Shown here: positions 20,770 through 31,073 of the stretch, one piece after another
How the letters are laid out: every line of letters begins with the position of its first letter
Position numbering within the stretch: position 1 is the stretch's first letter
Assembly (NCBI GenBank): GCA_034521815.1
Contig: JAXHLW010000013.1
Coordinates: 1,600,001-1,664,000 of the forward strand
Reading direction: 5' to 3'
Source: Trueperaceae bacterium
GTDB taxonomy: Bacteria; Deinococcota; Deinococci; Deinococcales; Trueperaceae
Length of the DNA: 64,000 nucleotides
Made by a program: the position numbers and the translations under genes
The notes under the pieces: generated by a model
Seen by the model: only the letters and a program-made list of their open reading frames with translations
Databases searched by the model: none
Told to the model about the DNA's origin: nothing

Positions 20770-21324
20770 CTAGGCGTGATCGACGATGTCGAGGTCGACG
20801 TCGAGGTCGATGTCCACGCCGATGGCCATGGCCGCCGACGCGACCGTGTGCCCAACGTCGCCGACGTCGGCGTGAAGCAGGCTCGGCTGCCCCACGTCGG
20901 TGACGAGGTCGGTGACAAGGTCGATGACGGGGGCAGGCACGGAACCGGTGACGGGACCGGTGTCGACCGTCTCCCCGGATCCGCCCACGCCCTGCGGCGC
21001 TGACGGGCTCGGCGCGGCGACGCGCACCCAGCTCCGCAGCCCCACGGTGCGGACCTCCACGACCGGCGTCCCGCCCGCGTGCGCCAGCTCCTTGCAGCGT
21101 GCCTTGATCGCGCGACGGGTCAGGCGCGGGTACGAGTTCGGAGACTGCGACGACTCGATCTCGCTGACCGTGACCCAGCCGGGCTTGCGCCGTAGCGACT
21201 CGCTGAGAGAGGGTCGTCTGGGGGGTCTGGTGACGCCCTCGACGTGAGCATCTTCGGGAAGCTCGCTGCTGCCGTAACGGTTGAGCGCTTTTTGCAGCGC
21301 GGTGGTCAGATGCTCGTCCTTCAT
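20770..21324 (-). CDS. Hypothetical protein with low-complexity acidic tail
   Basis: RBS GAGG before ATG. No recognised family. Confidence 0.5.
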   Translation of the reverse strand: MKDEHLTTALQKALNRYGSSELPEDAHVEGVTRPPRRPSLSESLRRKPGWVTVSEIESSQSPNSYPRLTRRAIKARCKELAHAGGTPVVEVRTVGLRSWVRVAAPSPSAPQGVGGSGETVDTGPVTGSVPAPVIDLVTDLVTDVGQPSLLHADVGDVGHTVASAAMAIGVDIDLDVDLDIVDHA

Positions 21325-21590
21325 GGTCGACCTCGCAGACGCCCGACGCGGGCGGGGGCCGTATCTCGGCTACGCGAAAATGGTACCGCGGCCGCCGTCC
21401 CGGACGCAATGCGTGACGCTTCACAGTGGCTCGCACCAGGACACCCGCGACCGTCCCGCAGCGGTCGCCGATACGGCCGACCGTCGTGGACCGGCGTGGG
21501 GTCGACGGTGCGTGTCGAGCGGATCGCCGCGAGCGGACCGTGGCGGGACGTCCTGACCGCGATGAAAATCACGGGCTACACTGGACGACG

Positions 21591-23129
21591 ATGGAAACGA
21601 CCCGCGCCCCGACCGACGACCGTTCCGGCCCCGAGCCGCTCGACGCCTTTCTCGAGCGCTACGGCCGGGTCCTTCGCCGCGTCTTTCGGCCCCCGACCGA
21701 CGACGTACGCCGCCACCTGGTACGCGGCCTTCCGCCTTCGGAGCTTCGTGCCGTCCTCGCCCAGCAGCCGTTGTCCGTGTTCATTCCCCACCGCTACGGC
21801 GGACGGGGCGAGCACGTGCACGAAGGCCTCGCCATGCTGGAGCGCACGGCGTACGACTCGCTCGCCATGTCGCTCACCTTGGGCATCAACGGCGCGCTGT
21901 TCCTGCAGCCCGTCGCGAAGTACGGATCCGAGGACATCCACGCCCCGATCTTCGAGCGCTTCCTGGACCACCAGAACATGGGCGGTCTGATGATGACCGA
22001 GCCCGACTACGGCTCCGACGCGCTCAGCATGCAGACGTCGTGGACCGAGGCGTCGGGCCGCTACCGGATCCGCGGCACGAAGCACTGGGCCGGACTGACG
22101 GGTCTGGCCGACTACTGGCTGATGACGGCCCGCGGCCGCGACGCGGACGGCAAGCTCTCGCGCGACGTGGACTTCTTCGTCTTGGACGCTCACCGTCCAG
22201 ACGAGGCGGTGGTCGTCGAGGAGCGGTTCGAGAACCTCGGCCTGTACGCCATTCCGTACGGTCGGAACCGGGTCGACGTGAGCGTTCCAGGCGCGCAGCG
22301 GCTGACGCCGAAGCGAAGCGGCCTGAAGATGATGCTGGACCTGCTTCACCGCAGCAGGATCCAGTTCCCCGGCATGGCGCTCGGCTTCCTTAGGCGCCTC
22401 GCGGACGAGGCGATGGAGCACGTCCACGAGCGACAGGTCGGCGGACGCAGCCTGCTGGCGTACGACCAGGTCCAGCGTCGGATCGCGCGGCTGCAGGCGT
22501 CGGTCACCGTCGCGAGCGCGATGTGCGTGTTCGCCTCGTCGCGGGCGGGCGTCGATCAGGACCTGTCCAAGGAGGGGCTGCCGGCCAACATCGTCAAGGC
22601 CACGGTCACCGACCGGATGCAGGAGGGCGCGCAATCGGTCCTCCAGCTGATGGGCGCGAAAGGCTACCGGCTGGACCACATCGCCGGTCGCGGGCTCATC
22701 GACTCGCGTCCGTTCCAGATCTTCGAGGGCAGCAACGACATCCTCTACGAACAGATCGCCACCGCCACGCTCCAAGCGATGCGCAAGGCCAAGGAGCCTC
22801 GGCTGGGCGCGTTCCTGGCCGCGACGGACTGGGCGTCGCGCGCCGCCGACAGGCTGGCGACGTCGCTGGACGTTCGCATCGACACCGAGCTGCCGCAGCG
22901 CAGGCTCGTGGATTTCGGTCGCCTGATCGGCCAGATCGCATCGATGGAGATGGTCGTCGAGCTGGGCGAGCGCGGCTACTCGGCCGAGCGCGTCCGCAGC
23001 GCCATCGAGCAGCTCGGCACCGAGATCGCCGGCGCCTTCACCGCCTTCGCTCAGCAGGACGCCACCAAGGCGATCGACGACGAGCTGGCCGGCGGCGCGT
23101 GGGTGGCGCACCTGAGCTCTCCGGGCTGA
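21591..23129 (+). CDS. Acyl-CoA dehydrogenase family protein
   Basis: GGLMMTEPDYGSDA, GTKHWAG, GAKGY, FQIFEGSNDIL. Confidence 0.9.
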   Translation: METTRAPTDDRSGPEPLDAFLERYGRVLRRVFRPPTDDVRRHLVRGLPPSELRAVLAQQPLSVFIPHRYGGRGEHVHEGLAMLERTAYDSLAMSLTLGINGALFLQPVAKYGSEDIHAPIFERFLDHQNMGGLMMTEPDYGSDALSMQTSWTEASGRYRIRGTKHWAGLTGLADYWLMTARGRDADGKLSRDVDFFVLDAHRPDEAVVVEERFENLGLYAIPYGRNRVDVSVPGAQRLTPKRSGLKMMLDLLHRSRIQFPGMALGFLRRLADEAMEHVHERQVGGRSLLAYDQVQRRIARLQASVTVASAMCVFASSRAGVDQDLSKEGLPANIVKATVTDRMQEGAQSVLQLMGAKGYRLDHIAGRGLIDSRPFQIFEGSNDILYEQIATATLQAMRKAKEPRLGAFLAATDWASRAADRLATSLDVRIDTELPQRRLVDFGRLIGQIASMEMVVELGERGYSAERVRSAIEQLGTEIAGAFTAFAQQDATKAIDDELAGGAWVAHLSSPG

Positions 23130-23173
23130 GCGGTCCGCGCCGAGCGCCGCCGCGCGCTGGGCGCACGACGCGC

Positions 23174-24400
23174 TCAGGCGCAGACGCGCCGCGCGACGTG
23201 GTCAAGACCCTGCCGCACCGTCTCGACGCTGGCGAGGTCCACCCACTCGTCGGGCCGATGGATCCCGCCGCCCACCGGACCGAACAGCACCGTAGGGATG
23301 CCTGCCGCCTCGATCAGCGCGGCGTCGGTCCAGTACGGCGCTCCCGATCGCGCCGCCTCGCGTCCCGTGACCGCCAGGATCGCCGCGGCGACCGCCTCCG
23401 TCGCGGGCGAGTCGATCGCGGCCTCGAACGCCTCGCGGGCGACCAGCGTCCGGACGGAGGCGCGCAGCGTCGGGTCGGCCAGGCGGAGCGCGTCCAGCAT
23501 GCCCGTCGCCTCGGCTTCGGCACCCTGAGCCGCGGACTCGCCGGGAAGGGTTCGACGCTCGATCGTCGCGACCGCGTGGGACGGCGTGGTGAACAGCTCG
23601 TGGCCGCCCGACGCCAACACGGCCTGCCACGAGCCGTGACGCAACGACGGGTGCGGTGCGGCGCTCCGCAAGATGGCGTCGCGATCCTCGACCGCGGTGA
23701 GAAGACGGCCCAGCTGCCGTAGCGCGTTCACGCCCGCCTCGGGTTGCGAGGTGTGCGAGGCACGCCCCTCGAAGGTGACCTCGAGCACCGCGAAGCCTCG
23801 ATGGGCGACGTGGATCGCCAGGTCGGTCGGCTCGGTCACGATCGCGACGTCGGCACGGACGGCGTCGAGCGCCGAGCGGGTGCCGATGCTGTCGTGCTCC
23901 TCGTCGGACACGGCTGCGAGCACGACGTCGCCGGCGAGATCGCCACGTCGCGCCGCGTCCTCGAGCACCAGCAGGCAGGCGGCCAGGCTGGCCTTCATGT
24001 CCATGGTGCCGCGTCCGTACATCCGACCGTCCTCGAGCCGCGGCTCGAACGGCGCGTCCATGCCGTCGACCCCGACGGTATCGAGGTGGGCGTTCAACAG
24101 CAGCGTGCGTCCTGCCCCGCTGCCGGGCGCCCGAACGATGACGCTGGGCCGGCCGGGAACCGGCTCCAGCCAGTCGGTGCGCAGGCCCCGCTGGTCGGCC
24201 CAGTCGCGGACGAACCGCGCCGCCTCGCTCTCGCCGGCATGCGCGGGGTCCAATGCGGGGTTGACCGAGTCGATCCTGACCAGCTGGGCGAGCAGCTCCT
24301 GGATCCGGCCCGGACCGTCCGTCGCGCCGTCCGTCGCACCGTCCGTCGCACCGTCCACCGCGTCGCCGGTCCCCTCTCGCGGGTCGCCAGGCGCGCTCAC
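23174..24400 (-). CDS. M20 family ArgE/DapE-like deacylase
   Basis: LNAHLDTV, GRGTMDMK, DEE, TEPT, GGIH.PDE. GTG start overlaps the upstream stop. Confidence 0.9.
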   Translation of the reverse strand: MSAPGDPREGTGDAVDGATDGATDGATDGPGRIQELLAQLVRIDSVNPALDPAHAGESEAARFVRDWADQRGLRTDWLEPVPGRPSVIVRAPGSGAGRTLLLNAHLDTVGVDGMDAPFEPRLEDGRMYGRGTMDMKASLAACLLVLEDAARRGDLAGDVVLAAVSDEEHDSIGTRSALDAVRADVAIVTEPTDLAIHVAHRGFAVLEVTFEGRASHTSQPEAGVNALRQLGRLLTAVEDRDAILRSAAPHPSLRHGSWQAVLASGGHELFTTPSHAVATIERRTLPGESAAQGAEAEATGMLDALRLADPTLRASVRTLVAREAFEAAIDSPATEAVAAAILAVTGREAARSGAPYWTDAALIEAAGIPTVLFGPVGGGIHRPDEWVDLASVETVRQGLDHVARRVCA

Positions 24401-24774
24401 AGCACACCCGTCGTCGGACTGCCTGACACCGCGAGCGTGACGGTGACGGCCAGCAGACCCAGCGCGATCGCCGCGCCCAAGGAGCGACGCCGCGTGATCT
24501 GCATCCATGCCGCGCCGATCAGGAGCACGCTGAGCCCTGCCGCAGCGACGCGGGCCACGGCGTCGGGCGCACCGAACAGCGCGGGCGTCACCAGCGCGGC
24601 GGCGCCCAGCAGCTCGACCACGGCGATGGCCACGACCGCTCCGCGACCCAGGGAAGCCGCCACCTCCATGCCCACGCGCGACAGGCCGGCAGGAGGAAGC
24701 ACGAGCTTGGCCCCGGCGGCGATCAGGAAGGCCAGCGCGACGAGGATGCGGAGCGTCTGCTGAAGCTCGTTCAT
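24397..24774 (-). CDS. DoxX family membrane protein
   Basis: FLIAAGAKL, VELLGAAAL, four TM helices. Confidence 0.75.
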   Translation of the reverse strand: MNELQQTLRILVALAFLIAAGAKLVLPPAGLSRVGMEVAASLGRGAVVAIAVVELLGAAALVTPALFGAPDAVARVAAAGLSVLLIGAAWMQITRRRSLGAAIALGLLAVTVTLAVSGSPTTGVL

Positions 24775-25397
24775 GACGTCAGGGTAGCCCGGCGCGCACC
24801 CCGCAGCGAGCTGCCGATCCACAGGCGCGTGGCGCGGCGAAGATCGCTCGGTCGCAGCGTGCCGACCCGCGCCGCGCCGCACGCCAGCCACGTCGCCCGG
24901 AGGACCCCCGGAAGCGCTCCCGCGGCGATCGGCGGCGTCCAGACGCGGCCGTCGATCTCCGCGAAAACCGTGCTGATGGCGCCCTCGACCACCTCGCCCC
25001 GCTCGTTGCGGAACAGCACGTCGGCCAGTCCGGCCTGGGCCGCGTGGCGCGCCCCGCGGTCGTACGCCGCCCGGTCGCGGCTCTTGTGCCGTCTGGCCGG
25101 ATCGTCGGACCGAACCACCTCCTCGGCCCAGCCCACCGTCACGAGCGTTTCGGGAGGATCGGGCTCGAACGGCCACGACTCGAGGCGGACGCTGCCGTCC
25201 GAATGCACGGTCAGCCGCAGCCGCAGCATGCCCCCTGGAAGATCTGCGAGCGCCGCGTCGACCTCGGCCTCGTTCAAAGGAATCCCGAGCGCAGCCGCCG
25301 AGCGCCGCAGCCGCGCCAGGTGCAGGGGGCCACGAACCGGCCGGCCCGCCTCGGCGCGGAGCGTCTCGAACAGCGTCCTGGCCGGATCGTCGCTCAT
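24771..25397 (-). CDS. pabC: Class IV aminotransferase / 4-amino-4-deoxychorismate lyase-like
   Basis: LFETLR, HLARL, RHKS, EGAIS, LPGV.R, SSLRG. Adjacent to pabB. Confidence 0.8.
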   Translation of the reverse strand: MSDDPARTLFETLRAEAGRPVRGPLHLARLRRSAAALGIPLNEAEVDAALADLPGGMLRLRLTVHSDGSVRLESWPFEPDPPETLVTVGWAEEVVRSDDPARRHKSRDRAAYDRGARHAAQAGLADVLFRNERGEVVEGAISTVFAEIDGRVWTPPIAAGALPGVLRATWLACGAARVGTLRPSDLRRATRLWIGSSLRGARRATLTS

Positions 25398-26683
25398 GCG
25401 CTCCTGGCGAACGCGCCCTTGAGCAGCGCCTCGCGGTACTCCTCGTCGGCGACCGAGTCGATCACGATGCCGCTGCCCAGGCCCAGCACGCCGCGCCCGG
25501 AGCGGATCTCGGCGGTGCGGATCGCGACGCTGAACACGAACGCACCGTCCGGCGCGGCGTAGCCGATCGCTCCGGTGTAGGTGCCGCGCGGCTCGTCCTC
25601 GATCTCGGCGATGGCCTCCATCGTGGCGCGCTTGGGGGCCCCGGTGACCGAGCCGCAGGGGAACATCGCCTCGAGCACGCTCGGCAGCGCACGGCCTCGC
25701 AGCTCCGGCCGAAGCTCGCCGCGGACCGTCGACGTCATCTGGAGCACGGTCGGGTAGCGCTCGACCTCGAACAGCGGGTCGGCGACGACCGAGCCGTAGG
25801 TGGCCACCCGTCCGAGATCGTTGCGGAGCAGGTCCACGATCATCACGTTCTCCGCCAACGCCTTCGGATCGGCACGCAGCGCGGCGGCCAAGGCGTCATC
25901 CTGGCTCGGTCCCGATCCCCTGGGCGCGGTCCCCTTCATCGGACGGGTCCAGACCGCCTGCCCGTCGCTTCGGACGAACAGCTCGGGCGACAGGCTGACG
26001 ATCTCGTGATCATCGCCCGGCCTGAGGTAGGCGGCGAACGGGACGGGATGCGCCCGCGACCAGGCACGGTACGCGGCCCACCCGCCGAGCCCGGCCCGGA
26101 ATCGCATGCGCCCGGTCAGGTTCACCTGGTAGGTCTCGCCCGCACGAATGCGGTCGTGCACCCCGTCGACCTGCCCGCGCCAGCGCCGTGGCGACGTCGC
26201 GAAGCGGAACGCGTTCGTGCCGGATCGGAGGGTCGCGTCGTCCACGCTGGCCGGACCGGGTCCCGTCGCGGCCGAAGGGTCGCTGGGTACGTCACTGGGC
26301 GCGTCAGGAGGCATCTCGGCAGGCGCGTCGTACACGCCGAACCAGGCGAGCGCGCCTACCGTTCCCACCGGGAGCGGAAGCCCCAGCAGCGGATAGCCGG
26401 CCTCGAACGCCAGCGCGCCGGCGATCCACCGTCCGGCGTCGAGGTGCGCCTGAAGCCGCGCGAACAGCTCGAGCGGGTCGCCCCCGGGCGCCAACGTCTC
26501 GGTCGCGATCGGATTCTCGAACCGTAGCGAGCGGCCGCCGTCCCGGTCCGGTCGGCCGCTCTCCAGAAGGACGGTGCCGACCGGCGGAGCGGCGCCCCGC
26601 GCCCCCGGCTCACGAGAACCCGACGCACGAGAACCGTGCTCACGAGAACCGTGCTCACGAGGCGCCGGCGTAGAACCGCTCAC
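25394..26683 (-). CDS. pabB: Aminodeoxychorismate synthase component I
   Basis: GETYQVNL, SPELF, RPMKGT, AENVMIVDLLRNDLG, FPCGSVTGAPK, SVAIRT. Confidence 0.9.
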   Translation of the reverse strand: MSGSTPAPREHGSREHGSRASGSREPGARGAAPPVGTVLLESGRPDRDGGRSLRFENPIATETLAPGGDPLELFARLQAHLDAGRWIAGALAFEAGYPLLGLPLPVGTVGALAWFGVYDAPAEMPPDAPSDVPSDPSAATGPGPASVDDATLRSGTNAFRFATSPRRWRGQVDGVHDRIRAGETYQVNLTGRMRFRAGLGGWAAYRAWSRAHPVPFAAYLRPGDDHEIVSLSPELFVRSDGQAVWTRPMKGTAPRGSGPSQDDALAAALRADPKALAENVMIVDLLRNDLGRVATYGSVVADPLFEVERYPTVLQMTSTVRGELRPELRGRALPSVLEAMFPCGSVTGAPKRATMEAIAEIEDEPRGTYTGAIGYAAPDGAFVFSVAIRTAEIRSGRGVLGLGSGIVIDSVADEEYREALLKGAFARSA

Positions 26684-27627
26684 CCGAAGCGGACGTACCC
26701 CAGGAACCGTGCCTCGTCCTTGGGCCCGTCGATCACCGGCGTGTCCACGACCCGCATCGCGCGCCCGCTGGCGTGCGCCATCCGGCCGTCCCCGAGGTAG
26801 AGACCGACGTGACCGCGCATGCACACCACGTCGCCCGGCTCGGGATTCTCGACCTCGCGCCCGGCGTCCCACTGCTCGTCCCCGTCGCGGGGAACCTCGA
26901 CGCCCGCCATGCGGAACAGCAGCTGCATCAGCCCCGAGCAGTCCAGACCCCAGGCGCTGCCACCGCCCCACAGGTACGGAGCGCCCAAGAAACCGCGCCA
27001 CGTCTCGAGCGGGTCGATCGGACGGACGTCGTGCCAGGTGGTCAGCGCCGGGGTCGGAACGAACGCCGTCCGTCCGTCGGGGAGCACGACCTCGGCGAAG
27101 GTGCCCTCCTCCGTCCGAACGCGCAGGCGGTCGCCCCAGGCGAGCTCCGCGAGCACCTCGCCCTGCACCCGCGGCGCGGCGTAGGCGTGGCTGCGGAGCT
27201 GGGTGACCAGGTGGGTCGCCTCTGGCCCGGGCAGCGTCAGCGCTCCCTCGTGGATCCAGCCCAGGTAGCGGTCGGAGCCCGTACGGACCTTTCGCCACGC
27301 GCCCTCGCGCGCGACGATCTCGACCGGCTCGCCCAACCGGACCGACGTCACGGCTTCCGCGCTGGGCTGCGGAGCGCCCCGCAGCAGACGCGACCGGGTG
27401 ACCGTCGCCAGCTCGGGCACCACCGCCGTCACGGCGTCCGCGTCGAGCCCTTCCGCGTGCGCCCAGGCGCGCACCGCCGCCACGTGCACGGCGTCGACCG
27501 AGCCGGCCAGGAGGCGGCCGGTGGCGCGCAGCTCCAGCTGGTCGTGCCGTGCGTCGTACCCGGGCACGATCGGCGCAGGGTCGATGCGAACGACCTGCGA
27601 AGCGCGGTCGATGGGACCGTACGTCAT
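26680..27627 (-). CDS. NlpC/P60 (C40) peptidase with SH3-like domains, YkfC-like
   Basis: PYLWGG...GLDCSGL, HVGLY, MAHAS. Confidence 0.9.
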   Translation of the reverse strand: MTYGPIDRASQVVRIDPAPIVPGYDARHDQLELRATGRLLAGSVDAVHVAAVRAWAHAEGLDADAVTAVVPELATVTRSRLLRGAPQPSAEAVTSVRLGEPVEIVAREGAWRKVRTGSDRYLGWIHEGALTLPGPEATHLVTQLRSHAYAAPRVQGEVLAELAWGDRLRVRTEEGTFAEVVLPDGRTAFVPTPALTTWHDVRPIDPLETWRGFLGAPYLWGGGSAWGLDCSGLMQLLFRMAGVEVPRDGDEQWDAGREVENPEPGDVVCMRGHVGLYLGDGRMAHASGRAMRVVDTPVIDGPKDEARFLGYVRFG

Positions 27628-27787
27628 GACGACTCCTTCCGGCGCCAGCGCTCCCGTACCGGGTGCAGCCGTCTCGAGCGCAGCCGTCTCGAGCGCACCC
27701 GATGCCAGCGCTCCAGGTGCGAGCGACGGGGCCGAGCCGGCCCCGAGGTACGCTGGCGCGCGCGAGCATCATCCCACGGGAGGCCCC

Positions 27788-28807
27788 ATGCACGTCGACT
27801 GGACCCGCTACGAGCTGACGACCGCCCGCCCCTTCGGCATCGCACGCTGGACGCACTCGACCTACCCCAGGGTGGTGGTGCGTCTGTCCGACGATGATCA
27901 CGAGGGTGCGGGCGAGGCGACGCCCAACGCGTTCTACGGCGAGACCGCCGACACCGTCATCGCGGTGCTCCCGACGTTGCTCGACGCGCTATCAGGCGAC
28001 CCGTGGGCGTGGCGGGGCGCAGCGCAGGCGATGGAGGCGCGGCTTCCCGGCCACCACCGCAGCGCCCAGGCCGCCGTCGAGGCCGCCCTGCTGGAGCTGG
28101 CCGCGAAGCGGGTGGGCCTGCCGGTGCACCGCCTTCTGGGCCTGTCCGGCCGGGGCGGAATCAGCTCGATCACCGTGGGTCTCGGATCGCTGGACGAGGT
28201 TCGTGCCCAGGCCGCCACCCACGTCGAGAACGGCTTCACCGCGCTGAAGGTCAAGCTGGGCGGCGACGACGACGAGGGCGTCCTCGCCGCCATCCGCGAC
28301 GCGGCGCCCCAGGCCCGGCTGCGCGTGGACGCGAACGCCGCCTGGACGGCGCGCGACGCGATCCGCCGCCTCCCGATGCTGGAGGCGCACGGCGTCGAGC
28401 TCGTCGAGCAGCCGGTCGCCGGTGCCGATCTGGACGGCCTCGCGGCCGTCACGAACGCCAGCCGGATCCCGGTCGCCGCCGACGAGTCGTTCGTCTCGCT
28501 GCGAGACCTGGCGCGGCTGCGGGTCGACGTCGTGAACGTCAAGCTCGCCAAGATCGGCGGTCCGCGCCGCGCGATGCTGGCGCTGGAAGCGGCCAAGGCG
28601 ATGGGGTTCGGCACGATGCTGGGCTGCATGATCGAGTCCAGCCTGGCGACCGCCGCGGCGGCGCACCTGGCCGATCTGGCCGATTGGCTGGATCTGGACG
28701 GTCCGCTGTTGCTGGCCCACGATCCGTGGACCGGTCTGACGTGGAGCGAGGGTGGCCATGTCGGACCGGGAACCGGACCCGGCTGGGGCGTCCGAGCGGT
28801 GCGCTAG
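27788..28807 (+). CDS. Dipeptide epimerase (L-Ala-D/L-Glu epimerase, enolase superfamily)
   Basis: LKVKLG, RVDAN, VEQP, ADES, NVKLAK, GCMIES, DLDG. RBS GGAGG. Confidence 0.92.
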   Translation: MHVDWTRYELTTARPFGIARWTHSTYPRVVVRLSDDDHEGAGEATPNAFYGETADTVIAVLPTLLDALSGDPWAWRGAAQAMEARLPGHHRSAQAAVEAALLELAAKRVGLPVHRLLGLSGRGGISSITVGLGSLDEVRAQAATHVENGFTALKVKLGGDDDEGVLAAIRDAAPQARLRVDANAAWTARDAIRRLPMLEAHGVELVEQPVAGADLDGLAAVTNASRIPVAADESFVSLRDLARLRVDVVNVKLAKIGGPRRAMLALEAAKAMGFGTMLGCMIESSLATAAAAHLADLADWLDLDGPLLLAHDPWTGLTWSEGGHVGPGTGPGWGVRAVR

Positions 28808-28850
28808 CGGGGCGGCGATCTCGGCGCGCCGCTTGGTACGCTTCAGCCGC

Positions 28851-29405
28851 ATGCCCCGCATCGGACCGACCGTACGCTGGACCGTCGCCACCGCCCTGGC
28901 CGGGGTGGTCGTCGGCCTGTCGGATGCGGCCGGCGTCCGCTTCGCGGCGACGCTGCTGCTGCCGGGGCTCGCCATGGGCCTGGCGCAACGCATCGCCGCC
29001 CCGGCGCACGTTCCGCCCATCTGGACGCTGTTCTCCGGGCTCGCCTGGATCGCGGGGGCGCTCTTGGACGCCACCACCGGGTTCGTGCCGTCCGGCGCCG
29101 GTCTGTGGCTTCTCCCCATCGGCACCATGGCGCTCTGGCAGCTGTTCCTCCTGAACGACGTGCGCCGAGCCTGGCCGTGGCTGCCGATCTCGCTGCTCGC
29201 GGCGTTCGCGCTGCAGCTCACCGCGCAGGGCGCATGCACGATCGGCTGCGAGCCGCTGACCGCGCGCTTCGGACCGGTCGCTGCGACCAGCTGGACCTAC
29301 GGCGCGGGGTTCGCCGCCTACGGAGCGATCACGGGGGCGGCGCTTCCGTGGCTGACGCGTCGCTCGCAGGACGACCCGCGGGCCGCGACGCAGGGAGCGC
29401 AGTAG
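28851..29405 (+). CDS. Hypothetical membrane protein
   Basis: Hydrophobic ORF with several TM segments, TACGCT upstream. Confidence 0.6.
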   Translation: MPRIGPTVRWTVATALAGVVVGLSDAAGVRFAATLLLPGLAMGLAQRIAAPAHVPPIWTLFSGLAWIAGALLDATTGFVPSGAGLWLLPIGTMALWQLFLLNDVRRAWPWLPISLLAAFALQLTAQGACTIGCEPLTARFGPVAATSWTYGAGFAAYGAITGAALPWLTRRSQDDPRAATQGAQ

Positions 29406-29406
29406 C

Positions 29407-29838
29407 GTGGCGGGTGCGCACGACCGAGGCGCGCACACCCCCGACGCTCGCGTCGAGGCGCGGCTGAACGCCGCGTTCGGAGCGCTGTACCCGACGTTGT
29501 TGGACGAGGCGCCCGAACGCGCCGCCTGGTCGCGCCTGCCCATGGAGCAGGTCGACGCGGCGATCGTGGCGGCGCGCGATCGCGTGGGCGAGACGGGACA
29601 CGCGCTGGGCTTTCGAACGCTGCTCAAGCAGGAGCTCGACGCCGCCTGTCGCCTGACCCCGCCGGTGATGTCGTTCGAGGCGCGAACCGTTCCGGGCGAC
29701 CGGGCCGTGCGCCGCCGCGAGGCGCGGCACGACGAGCGCGCGCGCGATCTCGAGCGCCGGGCGCAGCTTCGCCGCGACGAGCTTCACGCGCAGGCCGCGC
29801 GCCTGCTGCGTGACCGAGCGTCCCGCGACGACGACTGA
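29407..29838 (+). CDS. Hypothetical protein
   Basis: ORF starts immediately after the previous stop, with GC-type codon usage. Confidence 0.55.
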   Translation: MAGAHDRGAHTPDARVEARLNAAFGALYPTLLDEAPERAAWSRLPMEQVDAAIVAARDRVGETGHALGFRTLLKQELDAACRLTPPVMSFEARTVPGDRAVRRREARHDERARDLERRAQLRRDELHAQAARLLRDRASRDDD

Positions 29839-29850
29839 CCCTCCGGTACC

Positions 29851-30540
29851 TCAGGGAAGCCCCAGCAGCGAGAACGCCAGCGGCGCCAGCAGGCCGCTCA
29901 CGACCGCCGTGGACGCCATCGCCAGGCCCGAGAGCGCAGTGGCCGCCTCGCTCTCCCGACCGGCCAGCGCCGCGGTGCCGATCCCGTGGCTGTTGGTGCC
30001 GACCGCGACGCCCAGCGGCTTCGACCCGAACCGCAGCGCCCGCAGCAGCGGGGGGCCGATGACCGCCCCGACGATGCCGGTGAGGATCACCAGCGGAACG
30101 GTGAGCGCGGCGTCGGCGCCGACCCGCTCGGCCAGGTCCACGCCGACGGCGGACGTGACGGACTTCAGCGCCAGCGCAGCCTGCAACGCCGGATCCGCTC
30201 CGAGCGCACGCGCGATCGCCGGCGTGACGATCAGGCTGACGGCACCTCCGCAGGTCACCCCAGCGAGGAGCGGCCAGGCGTAGCGCCTCAGCGTCGCGCG
30301 CTGCCGGTGCATCAGCCAGCCCAACGCCACGACCGCCGGACGGAGCGCCCACACCAGCGGCTCGGTCCCCTGCCGGTACGAAGGCAGCGGGATCGCTCCG
30401 CTGCCCACCACGATGATGAGCGCCACCACGGTCAGCGCCACCGGGTTGGTCCACGGTCGCCGGATTCGAGCGTCCAGGCGATCGGCCACGGCGTAGGTGG
30501 CCAGCGTCACGGCCAGGGCCAGCAGGGCGACGGGGCTCAC
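29851..30540 (-). CDS. lrgB: LrgB/CidB family protein
   Basis: NPV, PAVVALG, KSVTS, SHGIGTA motifs. Confidence 0.92.
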   Translation of the reverse strand: MSPVALLALAVTLATYAVADRLDARIRRPWTNPVALTVVALIIVVGSGAIPLPSYRQGTEPLVWALRPAVVALGWLMHRQRATLRRYAWPLLAGVTCGGAVSLIVTPAIARALGADPALQAALALKSVTSAVGVDLAERVGADAALTVPLVILTGIVGAVIGPPLLRALRFGSKPLGVAVGTNSHGIGTAALAGRESEAATALSGLAMASTAVVSGLLAPLAFSLLGLP

Positions 30541-30579
30541 GCCGGCACGCTCACGCCGACACGCTCACGGCCGGCACGC

Positions 30580-31017
30580 TCACGAGCGGGACGCTTCGTG
30601 AGGCGGCTCGTGAGCCCCCTCGGGCGAGCCCCCGCCCACGACGCGCGACGTCGCCGACGCCGCCGCGGCGGAGGCCAGCAGCGTGATGACCGACCCGGCG
30701 ACGATCGCGACGACGATCGCGACGGCGTGCTGCGCGACGAGCTCGCCGTACGCCACCACGCCGACACCTACCGGCACGAACAGCAGCCCCAGCAGCCGGA
30801 CCAGCGCCTGCGCCGCCCTGCGGATCCTGGCTTCGGGCAGCCAGCCCGCCTCGAGCGCGGCGAACGCCAGCAGCATCCCCCACAGCGAGCCTGGCAGCGG
30901 CGCCCACGGCAGCAGGGCGGCCACGCCCTCGCCCACGACCCAGGCGGCGACGAGAAGCGCGCCTCCGACCAGCAGGTCGGCGAGCGTGAGAGCCATCGTT
31001 CCGAGACCGCGTCGCAT
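30580..31017 (-). CDS. lrgA: CidA/LrgA family protein
   Basis: PLPGSLWGML, LLFVPVGVGV. Upstream of lrgB. Confidence 0.88.
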   Translation of the reverse strand: MRRGLGTMALTLADLLVGGALLVAAWVVGEGVAALLPWAPLPGSLWGMLLAFAALEAGWLPEARIRRAAQALVRLLGLLFVPVGVGVVAYGELVAQHAVAIVVAIVAGSVITLLASAAAASATSRVVGGGSPEGAHEPPHEASRS

Positions 31018-31073
31018 GGCGCGAGCGTACCCGCCCGCTCGCCCGCTCGTGCCGGCGCTCGTATGCTGCGGGC

